Shown here in pieces: positions 48,846-58,208 of a stretch of 64,000 nt of DNA. Source of the stretch: Candidatus Aminicenantales bacterium (lineage in GTDB: Bacteria; Acidobacteriota; Aminicenantia; Aminicenantales; UBA4085); NCBI GenBank assembly GCA_049515535.1, contig JBEKTZ010000003.1:248001-312000 (forward strand). The letters are read 5' to 3'. Under the pieces are notes generated by a model. It was not told the DNA's origin. It did no database searches and was given only the letters and a program-made list of their open reading frames with translations. Positions within the stretch are counted from its first letter, which is position 1. Each line of letters starts with the position of its first letter. Both the position numbers and the translations under genes were made by a program.

Positions 48846-51800
48846 GCCGGAGGATTCCCGCGAGCGCGGCGAGGCAGAGCGCGATCCCCCCAAGAATGTA
48901 GGGTGTTTTGGTGCGCGGAAAAATGACCTTGGCCGCGTCTCCCGCGGCCACGTATCCCGCCCAGTAATAGGGGTGGGAGAGCGCCGGCGAGCCGATCATG
49001 TCCAGCTTGGCCCCGCGCAGGGCGTCCGTGATCGATTGCGACGCGCGCAGCCGGCCGTAGAACCGTTCCATGAGCTCGCTCGCGGCCTGGTCGTTGACGG
49101 ACCACAGGGTCATCAGGACCGAGGACGCGCCGGCGTAGAAAAAAGCCCGATTCAGGCCCTCGATGCCTTCTCCCCGGATGAATTGGCCCATCCCCGTCTG
49201 GCAGGCCGAGAGGCCGACGAGATCGGCGCGCATCTTCAAATTGTAGATTTCGCGCACCTGGACGAAGCCGTCTTGTGCGGATTTCGGATCCAGGGAGAGG
49301 ACGATGGAAGAGCGGGCCGGCCTGTGGTCGTCGATGAGGCCGTGCGCCGCGAAGTGGATGATCCTGTAGTCGGAGAGATCGAGCTTGAGGAGCGTCTGCT
49401 CCGACGCCTGGCCGCCGAGGAAGACGTCTTCCCGGTCTTTATCGAAGAGCGAGGCGATGCGCGCGATTTCCGCGGCGCTGTATTTCAGGGGAAAAAATCT
49501 GAAGGCGGAGGAGGAATAGAAGTCCTGGAAGACGTCGGAGGGGGCGGAGGAGGGGGCGGCGGACGCGGGCGAGGAAGAGGGGGTGGCGGAGGATGCGGAC
49601 GAGGAGGCTGAAGTGCCGGCCGGGCCATAGTCGGGATTTCCGAAGGCGAGAAGATCTTTCTTCGGCTTTTTCCCGTTGGCGCGGCCGCGGTCGATGATTT
49701 CGCGCAGAGAGGAAAGGGACGGGGCGTAGGCCACGCTGAAATCCTGAATCAGCCATCGATCGGCGCCCTCGTTCCGGACAAGGGTTTCGAACGGCAGGAA
49801 ATGGAGGATGTCGTCTGGGACGAACACCAGCCGCTTCGTCCGTTGATCCAGGCCGGGCCGAACGAGCTCGGCGTAGAGCTCGCGGCCGAGATGAAAATCG
49901 GAGGCGTCCTTGTCGCTGACGACTTTGAGGAACGCCGCGATCTTGGCTTGAAGATTTTTTCTGGCGGGCAGCGGAAAAATCTTCAGGCCCGCTCGGCTGA
50001 CGGCGAACCCGTAGGAGCCGTCCTTGCCGACCGCATAGGAGATGAACGTCGTCCCGTCATCGGCCAGATTTTTCCGGACTTCGCCGAGGGTGACGGCGTC
50101 CGGATATTTTAAATCCGCGTAGGCGGGGCTCGTCGAGCGGATCTCCCTTTTCAGCTTCTCGTAATCGTCCTCGCATTTTTTTATCTTTTCGTCGATTTCG
50201 TTCTTTTGGCCTGGCGCGAGATCCGGGGTCAGGAGTTTTTTGTAGAGGCCGGCGATGTCGTTGTTGAGCCGCTTCTCCTCGTTCAGAAGCCTGGCGTCGA
50301 TCCCCTGCGAGATCGCGACCTGGGCGACTTCGAGGCTGTCGAGAAAAGCGCGGGCTTTGGCTTTCTCCAGGTAGATGAACGCTTCGGCGTCATAGGCTTT
50401 CCCGGGGTCGGCCCGATGGAGCCGGACCAGCAGATCGATGAGGTTTTGATATGCCTCGAGCCGCCTCCCGGCGCCGAGATAACTCGCTTTGAGCTCCTCC
50501 AAATCGAGCGTCGACCGGGCCTTCTCGATGACGGATATGGAGCGCTTGAAATAGTTCAGGGCTTCATCGAGTTTGCCCTGCTTTTCATAGGAATTCGCCA
50601 TGTCGAGGAAGGCCTCCCAGAGAATCTTGCCGGCGTTGATTTCGAGGGCCAGGTCGATGGCTTTTTGGAAATATTTGGTGGACTCTTCGTAATCGCCCAG
50701 CTTGTAATGGATGTTTCCCATGTTGTTCGAAATCAGGCTGATGCCTTCCTTGTCGTTTGCCTCCTCCGCGAGCCCGAGGCCCAGCCGGAAATATTTCAGG
50801 GCCTCGGCATAATTTTCCAAATCGGCATGGACCGTGCCGATGTTGTTGTAGATATAGATGGCCGTTTTCTTGTTGTCGGCTTCGATGATCAAGTCGATGG
50901 ACTTGCGGAAATATTCCAGGGCTTTGCGGAAGTCTTCCTTGCTGCCGCTGAGCAATCCCTTTTTTCTGTAAATCGTGCCGATATTGCTGAGGTCTATGGA
51001 GATATAGTCCTTGCCGAAGGCCCGTCGATCAATGGACAAAGCGCTGTTCAAATAAACGAGCGCTTTGTCGTAATCGCCGATGTCTTTATAGATGATCCCG
51101 ATGTTGTTCGAGGCTTCGTTTTCCGATTGGACGTTTTTGATCTCCCGGGCGATGGCGAGCGCGTGTTCGAAATATTCCAGCGCTTTCGAATAATCGTCGA
51201 TTTTCCAATAATACGCGCCGATGTTGTTGAGGCAGATTCCCTCGTCCTTTTTGTTCCGGATCTTTTGCGCGATCCCGAGCGCCTTTTCGTTGAGGCGGCG
51301 GAATTTCTGAAGGTCGTTTTGGTCCCAGTGACACACACTCATTTGCCTGAGGCATTTGAGCTCGTGATCGGGACTGCCGATTTTCGAGGCCAGATCGATG
51401 GCTTTTCCGTAAAGCTCGACGGCTTTCATGGGATCGCCGTCCGAGCGAAGCGCCTTGGCCTTGTTATAGAGATTGTAGATCTCGAGCGCGGCCGCAACTT
51501 CTTTTTCCCTGTCTTTAAGTCCCGAGCTTTTAGCCAGGGCGAGAGCGTCGAGATAAGCGGTTTCGGATTCTTTGAGCCGGCCGAGGTTCCACAGCAGCAG
51601 GCCGAGCTTTATCCGGGCTTCGAGCTCCTCTTTTTTTGAGCCGCTCTCGGCGGCGAGGGCGGCGCAGCGGCTGAAAGAGAGGAGAGCTTTTTCATATTCC
51701 CCTTCGAGCCGAAGTTGTTCGCCTTGAGCGAACTGCTCGAGATAGCGCGAATCGAAAGGGGACGGGGATGGAGAGGCGGAGACGCCGCTCGAATAAAGCG

Positions 51801-51858
51801 AAAGCTCAAGGAGAATCGGAATGATCAGAAACGCGGCGAATTGAGATTTCAGCTTCAT
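48766..51858 (-). CDS. Exported TPR-CHAT protease 2 with C-terminal membrane anchor
   Basis: Signal peptide; TPRs; 'IIHFAAHG', 'GLSACQTG', 'HPYYWAG'; terminal TM 'YILGGIALCLAALAGIL' plus basic tail. Confidence 0.92.
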   Translation of the reverse strand: MKLKSQFAAFLIIPILLELSLYSSGVSASPSPSPFDSRYLEQFAQGEQLRLEGEYEKALLSFSRCAALAAESGSKKEELEARIKLGLLLWNLGRLKESETAYLDALALAKSSGLKDREKEVAAALEIYNLYNKAKALRSDGDPMKAVELYGKAIDLASKIGSPDHELKCLRQMSVCHWDQNDLQKFRRLNEKALGIAQKIRNKKDEGICLNNIGAYYWKIDDYSKALEYFEHALAIAREIKNVQSENEASNNIGIIYKDIGDYDKALVYLNSALSIDRRAFGKDYISIDLSNIGTIYRKKGLLSGSKEDFRKALEYFRKSIDLIIEADNKKTAIYIYNNIGTVHADLENYAEALKYFRLGLGLAEEANDKEGISLISNNMGNIHYKLGDYEESTKYFQKAIDLALEINAGKILWEAFLDMANSYEKQGKLDEALNYFKRSISVIEKARSTLDLEELKASYLGAGRRLEAYQNLIDLLVRLHRADPGKAYDAEAFIYLEKAKARAFLDSLEVAQVAISQGIDARLLNEEKRLNNDIAGLYKKLLTPDLAPGQKNEIDEKIKKCEDDYEKLKREIRSTSPAYADLKYPDAVTLGEVRKNLADDGTTFISYAVGKDGSYGFAVSRAGLKIFPLPARKNLQAKIAAFLKVVSDKDASDFHLGRELYAELVRPGLDQRTKRLVFVPDDILHFLPFETLVRNEGADRWLIQDFSVAYAPSLSSLREIIDRGRANGKKPKKDLLAFGNPDYGPAGTSASSSASSATPSSSPASAAPSSAPSDVFQDFYSSSAFRFFPLKYSAAEIARIASLFDKDREDVFLGGQASEQTLLKLDLSDYRIIHFAAHGLIDDHRPARSSIVLSLDPKSAQDGFVQVREIYNLKMRADLVGLSACQTGMGQFIRGEGIEGLNRAFFYAGASSVLMTLWSVNDQAASELMERFYGRLRASQSITDALRGAKLDMIGSPALSHPYYWAGYVAAGDAAKVIFPRTKTPYILGGIALCLAALAGILRLILSPRTGPSSSGRKRERSTTGKKPR

Positions 51859-51947
51859 CTAGCAGCATATTTAATTACAAAAGCCCGCATAAAGCAAAAA
51901 AAACTCCCGCCCGACTATTTTGGACGGAAGGAAAATTCACGCGACAT

Positions 51948-51990
51948 GGGACAGGGCCGGCCCTTCCGATTTAAAAGGTCGGCCCCGTCC
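51948..51990 (-). terminator. GC-rich hairpin between the peptide gene and CHAT 2
   Basis: GGGACAGGGCCGGCC..GGTCGGCCCCGTCC imperfect stem; no clear U-tract. Confidence 0.4.
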
Positions 51991-52025
51991 TGAAAATTAT
52001 AGGAGGGGCTTCTTGAAAAATCCGA

Positions 52026-52304
52026 TCAGTCGCCCGTTCCCGGTTTGACGATGCTCACATCATCCGTCGGCCGGACGATTCCGCGCCCGGGCACATTCTT
52101 GGTGTCCGCCGGTTTGGATCCGTGGTCGAAAATAGGATTCAACCAGGGGAACAGGGAGTTCATCAATAAGCCGGGCTGCGAGATGATGGGCAATAGGCCG
52201 AGCTTGCCGGCCTTTTTCTCGGCGGAGTTCAGGTTGGGAACCGCCATCAAGAGAAAACCAAAACATAGAATGACCGCGACAGCTTTGAGATAAGATTTTT
52301 TCAT
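52026..52304 (-). CDS. Small secreted protein/peptide precursor (92 aa)
   Basis: RBS AAGGAGG; signal peptide MKKSYLKAVAVILCFGFLLMAV..NSA; C-terminal repeat IVRPTDD/IVKPGTGD. Confidence 0.7.
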   Translation of the reverse strand: MKKSYLKAVAVILCFGFLLMAVPNLNSAEKKAGKLGLLPIISQPGLLMNSLFPWLNPIFDHGSKPADTKNVPGRGIVRPTDDVSIVKPGTGD

Positions 52305-52414
52305 CGTATCCTCCTTACAAAAAATTAGTCGGACTTCGGAAAAGTAAATTGAAAACGAGAATGGATTATAAAGAAGTGCCCGTTTCCTTTTCCTTTTCGA
52401 TAAGCCCTGGGATT

Positions 52415-52482
52415 AATCTAGAAAAAGCGGAGGCAAATGTCAAGAATGGATCATGGCTAAGTTGTTTTAATAAAACAAGTTA
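52415..52482 (-). promoter_or_regulatory. sigma70 promoter with an upstream palindrome
   Basis: Minus strand TTGACA-17 nt-TAGATT; near-perfect palindrome TAAGTTGTTTTAATAAAACAAGTTA at 52458-52482. Confidence 0.55.
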
Positions 52483-52541
52483 ACGCTAATAGTCACAGGA
52501 TCTTGTGGCCGGCTTTTGAAGGGACGCAAGATGTTGGGCCG

Positions 52542-52946
52542 TCACTTCTTGAAGAAATAATCGATTTCCCACTCCGCGGTTTCGCGGGCGTCCGAGCCGT
52601 GCGTGGCGTTGCGTTCCACGGAAAATCCGTAGGCGTGCCGCAGCGTGCCGGGCTTGGCCTGGGCGGGGTCGGTCGCGCCCATGACCTGTCGCCAGTGGGC
52701 GATGGCGTCTTCTCGTTCGAGGGTCATCACGACCACGGGACCAGACGACATGAAATCCGTCAGGCCCTCGTAAAAGGGTCTGCTTTTATGGACGATGTAA
52801 AATCCCTTGGCGTCGTCTTTCGTGAGGCGGAGCATTTTCATCGCCGCGATCTTGAAGCCTTCGTCCTCGATTCTCTGGATGATCTTGCCGATGATGTTCT
52901 TATTCACCGCGTCGGGCTTGATGATGGCGAGGGTCTTTTCGGTCAT
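52542..52946 (-). CDS. ndk: Nucleoside diphosphate kinase
   Basis: '[12 protein letters not shown]', 'FMSSGPVV', 'PGTLR', 'RNATHGSD'. Confidence 0.97.
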   Translation of the reverse strand: MTEKTLAIIKPDAVNKNIIGKIIQRIEDEGFKIAAMKMLRLTKDDAKGFYIVHKSRPFYEGLTDFMSSGPVVVMTLEREDAIAHWRQVMGATDPAQAKPGTLRHAYGFSVERNATHGSDARETAEWEIDYFFKK

Positions 52947-53003
52947 GAATGTTCCTTCCAATCGTTTTCTTTCCCTTTATATATAAATGCCGGAGTTCCG
53001 TCA

Positions 53004-53072
53004 ACCGGCCTTCGTTTTTAAACTTCTGCTGAGCCTCCGCCGCGAAGGCTCGTCCCTTGACCGGCCTTCGTT
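53004..53072 (+). repeat. Partial third copy of the 63-bp element within a 13-bp direct repeat
   Basis: CCTCCGCCGCGAAGGCTCGTCCCTTGACC at 53034-53062; ACCGGCCTTCGTT at 53004 and 53060. Confidence 0.65.
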
Positions 53073-53131
53073 CTTGAACCTCCGCTGCGCTCGTTGACAT
53101 CGCAGTCGGATGGCCGGTAGAATGAAATCCC

Positions 53132-53809
53132 ATGACGATGGAACAGGAAAACCTCCGCTCCATTCAAGAATACTGCGGCGGCCTCGGATTCTCGCTTTTC
53201 GGCGTCGCGGACGTGACGCAGGTCCGATCCGAGTTCCTCCTTGCCGAGCCGCTCAAAACGCGATTCGACCGGGCGATCTCTCTGGGCAAGCGGGTTTCGG
53301 ATAGCGTTCTCGAAGACATCGTGGACAAGCCGACCCCTCTTTATTTCCATCATTATCGGCAGCTCAATTTCTTTCTGGACAGGGGAGCGCTACTCGTCGC
53401 CGATCACATCGTCGATCTTGGTTTCGAAGCGCTGCCGATCGCCGCGTCCCAGATCATCGATTGGACAAATCAGAAAGCGCATGTTTCGCATAAAAAGATC
53501 GCGGTCCTGGCCGGCCTGGGCTGGATCGGCCGGAACAACCTGCTCGTCAATCCCGGGCTCGGGTCGCGTTTCCGGCTGGTGACGGTGCTGACGAAGATGC
53601 CCCTCGAAACGGGCCGTCCGCTGGATTTTTCCTGCGGGAAATGCCGGGCTTGCGTTTCGCCGTGCCCGGCCCGGGCGATTCAAGAAAGGCCCGAGGATTT
53701 CGATCACCGCGCCTGTTACGAAAAAATCGACGAGTTCCGGCGGACGCATATCGTCAGTCAGCATATCTGCGGCGTCTGCGTCAGAGCCTGCCGCGGCCCG
53801 AAAGGGTAG
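53132..53809 (+). CDS. QueG/reductive dehalogenase-like 4Fe-4S protein
   Basis: 'SHKKIAVLAGLGWIGRNNLL', 'GSRFRLVTVLT', 'CGKCRACVSPCP', 'CGVCVRAC'. Confidence 0.8.
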   Translation: MTMEQENLRSIQEYCGGLGFSLFGVADVTQVRSEFLLAEPLKTRFDRAISLGKRVSDSVLEDIVDKPTPLYFHHYRQLNFFLDRGALLVADHIVDLGFEALPIAASQIIDWTNQKAHVSHKKIAVLAGLGWIGRNNLLVNPGLGSRFRLVTVLTKMPLETGRPLDFSCGKCRACVSPCPARAIQERPEDFDHRACYEKIDEFRRTHIVSQHICGVCVRACRGPKG

Positions 53810-53874
53810 AGTACTACGGTCAGGGGTAGATTTCGTTGATTTTTTAGGGGCGGTGGGCCATAATCTGAGCCGCT

Positions 53875-56115
53875 ATGGGGGAATTGTCCGGATCCAGGAA
53901 AATCCCGTTCGTCCTGTCGCTCTTGGCCGGACTTGCCGTCGTTGTCGTCTGTATTTTTGGATACTTAGGGCTTCGCGGCAGGCCGGGGCTTCCCCGGGAC
54001 TTCGACCCGGATCGCCTGGTCCGGATCGATGACGTCGATATTCAAGCCCAGCATGACGCCGAATTCGCCCTGGCCGGGAAGGATATCGGCGAGGCGGCCG
54101 CTTTCTACGTCCGAACGCCGGAAGGCAAAATCGAGAAAAAAATGCTGCCGGTCGTTCCTTTCTATAGCGGGACGGCCTATCCCCTCATCTATTTCGTGAT
54201 CGGCCTTTTCTGTCTCATCGTCGGATTCGCCGTCTTCGTGCTCAGGCCGGGGGACCTCAAGGCGCGTCTTTTTTATTGGCTGACCTTGGTTTTTTCCTTG
54301 GCGCTTATCATCCAGGGCGACGATTATTGTCTTGGCCGGAGCCGGCTGACTTTCATTCCTTGCCTCGTCTTCATTCTGGCCTATGCCTTGGCGCCCGCGC
54401 TCCTCCTCCGTTTTTCTCTAGCCTTTTCCAAAACTCCTTTTCGGCTCAATACGCTCATCGTTTTCGTCCCGCCGCTTTTCCTCGCGGCGGTCCAGGAATT
54501 CGTCTTTCTCTATATGTTTCTCAAGCCATCCGTCGAGTTGGAGCGGATTTATTACGCGCATTTTTATGTGTTCCGCATATACGTTATGCTCTATCTTCTC
54601 CTGGCCATCGTCCGGATGAGCGTCAGCCTCAGGAAGTCCCAAGAGGACGAGGAAAGGGCCCAAATCAAATGGATCTTCTACGGCCTGATCGTGGGGCTTC
54701 TGCCTTTCCTATCCTTATTCCAGCTTCCGGCCGCGTTGAGTCTCAAGCCCGTCCTCTCGGAGGAATTCTCGGCCGTATTTTTCATCGCCATCCCCGCGGC
54801 GTTCGCCATCGCCATCGTCAAGTACAAATTAATGCGCATTGAAGTCGTGATCAACCGCAGCCTGGTCTATTCGATGCTGACAATTTTCACGGCCGGCGTC
54901 TATATCCTATTCATCGAGGTCGGGCAAAAGCTCCTGGCCAAGGTCTTCATCGTCCCGGAAACGGTTTTCTCGGTGATCGGCGTTTTCCTCGCCGCCGCGG
55001 CTTTCCATCCGGCCCAAAAGCGGATCCAGGATTTCGTGGACCGGGCGTTCTTCCGGCAACGCTACGATTATCGCCGGACCGTCCTGGCCTTCAATGAAAA
55101 AGCGCGGAACATCTTCATCCGGGACGATCTCCTGGATTGTTTCAAGCGGGAAATCCAGGGTGTCATTCCCATGGAGACCGTGGACCTTCGCCCGGGGGGC
55201 GGGTCCGGGGATAAGGGCGGGAGCGAAATGGCGATTCCCCTGAAATCTTTTTCGGGGGAGATCTTCGGCTTTTTGGAGCTGGGTAAAAAGAAGTCCGGCG
55301 AGCGATACGACCGCGAGGATCTCGAGCTCGCGCGGACGATGGCCGGCGATTTGAGCGTGAACATGGAACGGATCAGGCTCCAGGAAGAGGTGATCTACGA
55401 GCGGGCGTCCCGCGAAAAGCTGGACGAGCTCAACAACCTGAAGACGGAATTCATCGCCACGGTTTCGCACGAAATCCGCACGCCGATGAGCTCGATCCAG
55501 GGCCTGGCCGAGATCCTCCAATCGGGCAAGGTCAAGAGCGAGGAGCAGAAGGAAAGATATCTCGGCCTCATGGCTTCGGAGAGCGGGCGCTTGTCGCGCT
55601 TCCTCCACAACGTCCTGGATTTCGGCGGGATCGAGCAGCAGTCCAAGAGCTATCATTTCCGGGAGACTGTTCTCCAGGATGTCATCGAGGAAGCGCTCGC
55701 GGTCTTCGGCCATATTCTTGAAGCCGGGGGCTTTCGCCTCGAAACGCGCCTGCCCGATCACCCGGTCTCGCTCGCTATTGACGCCGACGCCGTCAAGCAG
55801 GCGTTGATCAACCTCATCGATAATGCCATAAAATATTCAGCGGGGGGAAAGGCCATCGAAATCAGCCTTTGGGAACGGGACAACGAAATCGAGATCCGGG
55901 TGAAAGATCAGGGTATCGGCATTCCGCCGGAAGAGCAAAAGAAGATTTTCGATAGATTCTACCGCGCTCGCGGCGCCGGCGGGATCGACCCGAAAGGCGC
56001 TGGCCTGGGATTGAAGATCATCAAGCATATCATGCAGGCCCACAAAGGCGATGTCCTCGTGGAGAGCGAGGTCGGGAAGGGGAGCGCCTTCCGCTTGATT
56101 TTTCCGAGGTTATAA
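53875..56115 (+). CDS. Multi-TM sensor histidine kinase HK5 (short GAF-like segment)
   Basis: ~10 TM segments; 'VSHEIRTPM', 'NLIDNAIKYS', 'DQGIGI', 'GAGLGL'. Confidence 0.93.
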   Translation: MGELSGSRKIPFVLSLLAGLAVVVVCIFGYLGLRGRPGLPRDFDPDRLVRIDDVDIQAQHDAEFALAGKDIGEAAAFYVRTPEGKIEKKMLPVVPFYSGTAYPLIYFVIGLFCLIVGFAVFVLRPGDLKARLFYWLTLVFSLALIIQGDDYCLGRSRLTFIPCLVFILAYALAPALLLRFSLAFSKTPFRLNTLIVFVPPLFLAAVQEFVFLYMFLKPSVELERIYYAHFYVFRIYVMLYLLLAIVRMSVSLRKSQEDEERAQIKWIFYGLIVGLLPFLSLFQLPAALSLKPVLSEEFSAVFFIAIPAAFAIAIVKYKLMRIEVVINRSLVYSMLTIFTAGVYILFIEVGQKLLAKVFIVPETVFSVIGVFLAAAAFHPAQKRIQDFVDRAFFRQRYDYRRTVLAFNEKARNIFIRDDLLDCFKREIQGVIPMETVDLRPGGGSGDKGGSEMAIPLKSFSGEIFGFLELGKKKSGERYDREDLELARTMAGDLSVNMERIRLQEEVIYERASREKLDELNNLKTEFIATVSHEIRTPMSSIQGLAEILQSGKVKSEEQKERYLGLMASESGRLSRFLHNVLDFGGIEQQSKSYHFRETVLQDVIEEALAVFGHILEAGGFRLETRLPDHPVSLAIDADAVKQALINLIDNAIKYSAGGKAIEISLWERDNEIEIRVKDQGIGIPPEEQKKIFDRFYRARGAGGIDPKGAGLGLKIIKHIMQAHKGDVLVESEVGKGSAFRLIFPRL

Positions 56116-56119
56116 GGCC

Positions 56120-56806
56120 ATGAAAACAAAGCTTTTAATGATCGAAGACGACCGGGTTTTACGGGAAACGACAGCCGCGTTTCTCGAGGCCGAGGGATTC
56201 GATGTCAAGACGGCCGAGGACGGGGCAAAAGGATTCAATCTCGCCTGCGAGGAGAAGCTCGATCTGATCCTCACGGACCTCATCCTGCCGGAGCTCAACG
56301 GAATGGAGATTTGCCGCAAGCTCCGCGAGAAGAAAATCGGCACGCCGATCATCATGATGACGGGCCAGAAAAAGGACGAGATCGACAAGGTCCTGGGCCT
56401 GGAGCTCGGCGCCGACGATTACCTGACCAAACCCTTCGGACAGCGAGAGCTCTTGGCGCGCATCAACGCCGTGCTCCGCCGCAGCCGGCCCGCGGCGAAG
56501 AGCCTCGATGCCTATTCGTTCGGCGACGTTTCCATCGATTTCAAAAAGCAGGTCACGACCAAGGGCAAAAAGGAGATCTATCTCACGGCCAAGGAATACC
56601 ACCTCCTGAAGCTTATGATCGGCCGGGAGGGAGAAGTCGTCAGCCGGGACGTCATCCTCAACGAAGTCTGGGGATACGAGAAGTTCCCGACGACGCGGAC
56701 CGTGGATACCTTCATCCACAATCTCCGGCAGAAGATCGAAAAGGACCCGGCCAAACCCGTCCATCTCCTGACCATTCCCTGGTCGGGCTATAAATTTCAG
56801 AAATAA
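56120..56806 (+). CDS. OmpR-family response regulator RR5
   Basis: 'ILTDLILPELNG', 'GADDYLTKPF', 'RTVDTFIHNLRQKIE'. Confidence 0.95.
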   Translation: MKTKLLMIEDDRVLRETTAAFLEAEGFDVKTAEDGAKGFNLACEEKLDLILTDLILPELNGMEICRKLREKKIGTPIIMMTGQKKDEIDKVLGLELGADDYLTKPFGQRELLARINAVLRRSRPAAKSLDAYSFGDVSIDFKKQVTTKGKKEIYLTAKEYHLLKLMIGREGEVVSRDVILNEVWGYEKFPTTRTVDTFIHNLRQKIEKDPAKPVHLLTIPWSGYKFQK

Positions 56807-56825
56807 CGCCGTTTCCCCGCATCTT

Positions 56826-56890
56826 TTAACAAACTCTTAACAATTCTTTGACATCTCCATGACAACTCCGGCCGCGGTCCGCGTTAGATT
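56826..56890 (+). promoter_or_regulatory. Four 11-bp period TT(G/A)ACA boxes and -10 of the lipid operon
   Basis: TTAACA(56826), TTAACA(56837), TTGACA(56848), ATGACA(56859); TAGATT 20 nt after the last box. Confidence 0.75.
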
Positions 56891-56924
56891 GGGATCGCGA
56901 AAACGAGAATCCAGGAGAAAGACG

Positions 56925-58181
56925 ATGCAAACCGCGACTCAAAGCCAAACTGCGAAAGGGGCGGCCCCGACCTCCGTCCGGCCTCGGACGGATACGTTTC
57001 TGGCCAAATGCTCGAATTACTTGAATTACGTCGAGACCTATTTGGCCTCGATGAACGTCCGAAATCCCTATCTCCGGGTCCTCGACCCTTGCGCCGGGAC
57101 CGAGGTCCTCAAGGACGGGAAGACGCTCATCATGCTCGGCTCCAATAATTATCTCGGGCTGGCGACCCATCCCGCGGTGATCAAAGCCGCGAAAAAGGCG
57201 ATCGATATCTATGGAACGGGGTGCAGCAGCTCCCGCCCCTTGGCCGGGACGACGAGCCTCCATGTCGAGCTCGAAAAAGAATTGGCCGAGTTCAAGGCCG
57301 CGGAGGCGTCGCTGCTCTTCAGCACGGGTTATATGACGATGATGGGTGTGATTTACGCGCTGGCCGGCGAAAACGACGTCGTTTTCAGCGATCAGTTGAA
57401 CCATGCCAGCATCATCGACGGCGTGAAGCTGTCCAGGGCCCAGAACCGCGTCTTCCGGCACGGCGACATGGAGCATTTGGAGGAGCTGCTGGCGGGATGT
57501 GATCCCGAGGTCAACAAGCTGATCGTCACCGACGGCGTCTTCAGCATGAAAGGCGACTTGGCGGACCTTCCGGCGATCAAGCGGCTGGCCGATCGATACG
57601 GCGCCTGGATCATGATCGACGACGCCCACGGTTCGGGCGTGATGGGGGAGAACGGCCGCGGCGTCGCCGAGCACTTCGGGCTCGAGGGCGAGATCGACCT
57701 CGTCTGCTGCACGTTCAGCAAAGTCTTTGGGACGGTCGGCGGCGCGGTCGCCGCGAAGCGGGACGTCATTGAGTTCCTGAAGTTCAATTCGCGGCCGTTC
57801 GTCTTCACCGCCAGCCTCCCTCCCTCGGTCATCGCCACGGTGCTCGCCTCCCTCCGGGTCATCAAAGGATCGCCGCATTTGCTCCGGGATCTACGCAGGA
57901 ACGCCAAGATCCTCAAGGACGGCTTGACCGGCATGGGCTTTCCGGTCATGCCTACGCCGACTCCGGTCATTCCCATTCCGCTCGGCAACGACAGTAAGGT
58001 TTTCCGGCTGGCCTGGGGGCTCGAGGACGAAGGCGTATTCGTCAACCCGATCGTTCCGCCCGCCGTCTCCGCGGAGTCTTCACTCATCCGCGTGACGGCC
58101 ATGGCCACCCACACCGATGAAGAATTGGAATTCGCGCTCGATAAATTCAGGTTGGTCGGCCGGCGGCTGGGCTTGATCTGA
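56925..58181 (+). CDS. PLP-dependent alpha-oxoamine synthase, serine palmitoyltransferase-like
   Basis: 'GSNNYLGL', 'NHASIIDG', 'DDAHG', 'TFSKVFGTVGG', 'RPFVFTASLPP'; start set at RBS AGGAG. Confidence 0.75.
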   Translation: MQTATQSQTAKGAAPTSVRPRTDTFLAKCSNYLNYVETYLASMNVRNPYLRVLDPCAGTEVLKDGKTLIMLGSNNYLGLATHPAVIKAAKKAIDIYGTGCSSSRPLAGTTSLHVELEKELAEFKAAEASLLFSTGYMTMMGVIYALAGENDVVFSDQLNHASIIDGVKLSRAQNRVFRHGDMEHLEELLAGCDPEVNKLIVTDGVFSMKGDLADLPAIKRLADRYGAWIMIDDAHGSGVMGENGRGVAEHFGLEGEIDLVCCTFSKVFGTVGGAVAAKRDVIEFLKFNSRPFVFTASLPPSVIATVLASLRVIKGSPHLLRDLRRNAKILKDGLTGMGFPVMPTPTPVIPIPLGNDSKVFRLAWGLEDEGVFVNPIVPPAVSAESSLIRVTAMATHTDEELEFALDKFRLVGRRLGLI

Positions 58182-58208
58182 GGCCGGGCCGCCCCAGGAG
58201 GAATCAGC

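Noticed and set aside
41072..51639. Long antisense ORFs 41072-42739(+), 47439-48893(-), 50206-51639(+)
   Set aside because: Each mirrors a well-supported gene on the opposite strand, a codon-bias artefact
43095..51858. Type III-E CRISPR (Craspase) locus
   Set aside because: No Cas7-11, Csx30/31 or array; both CHATs carry export signals
52458..52482. Palindrome as a dif/Xer site
   Set aside because: Does not match the XerC/XerD arm consensus (e.g. TTATGTTAAAT); kept only as a possible operator
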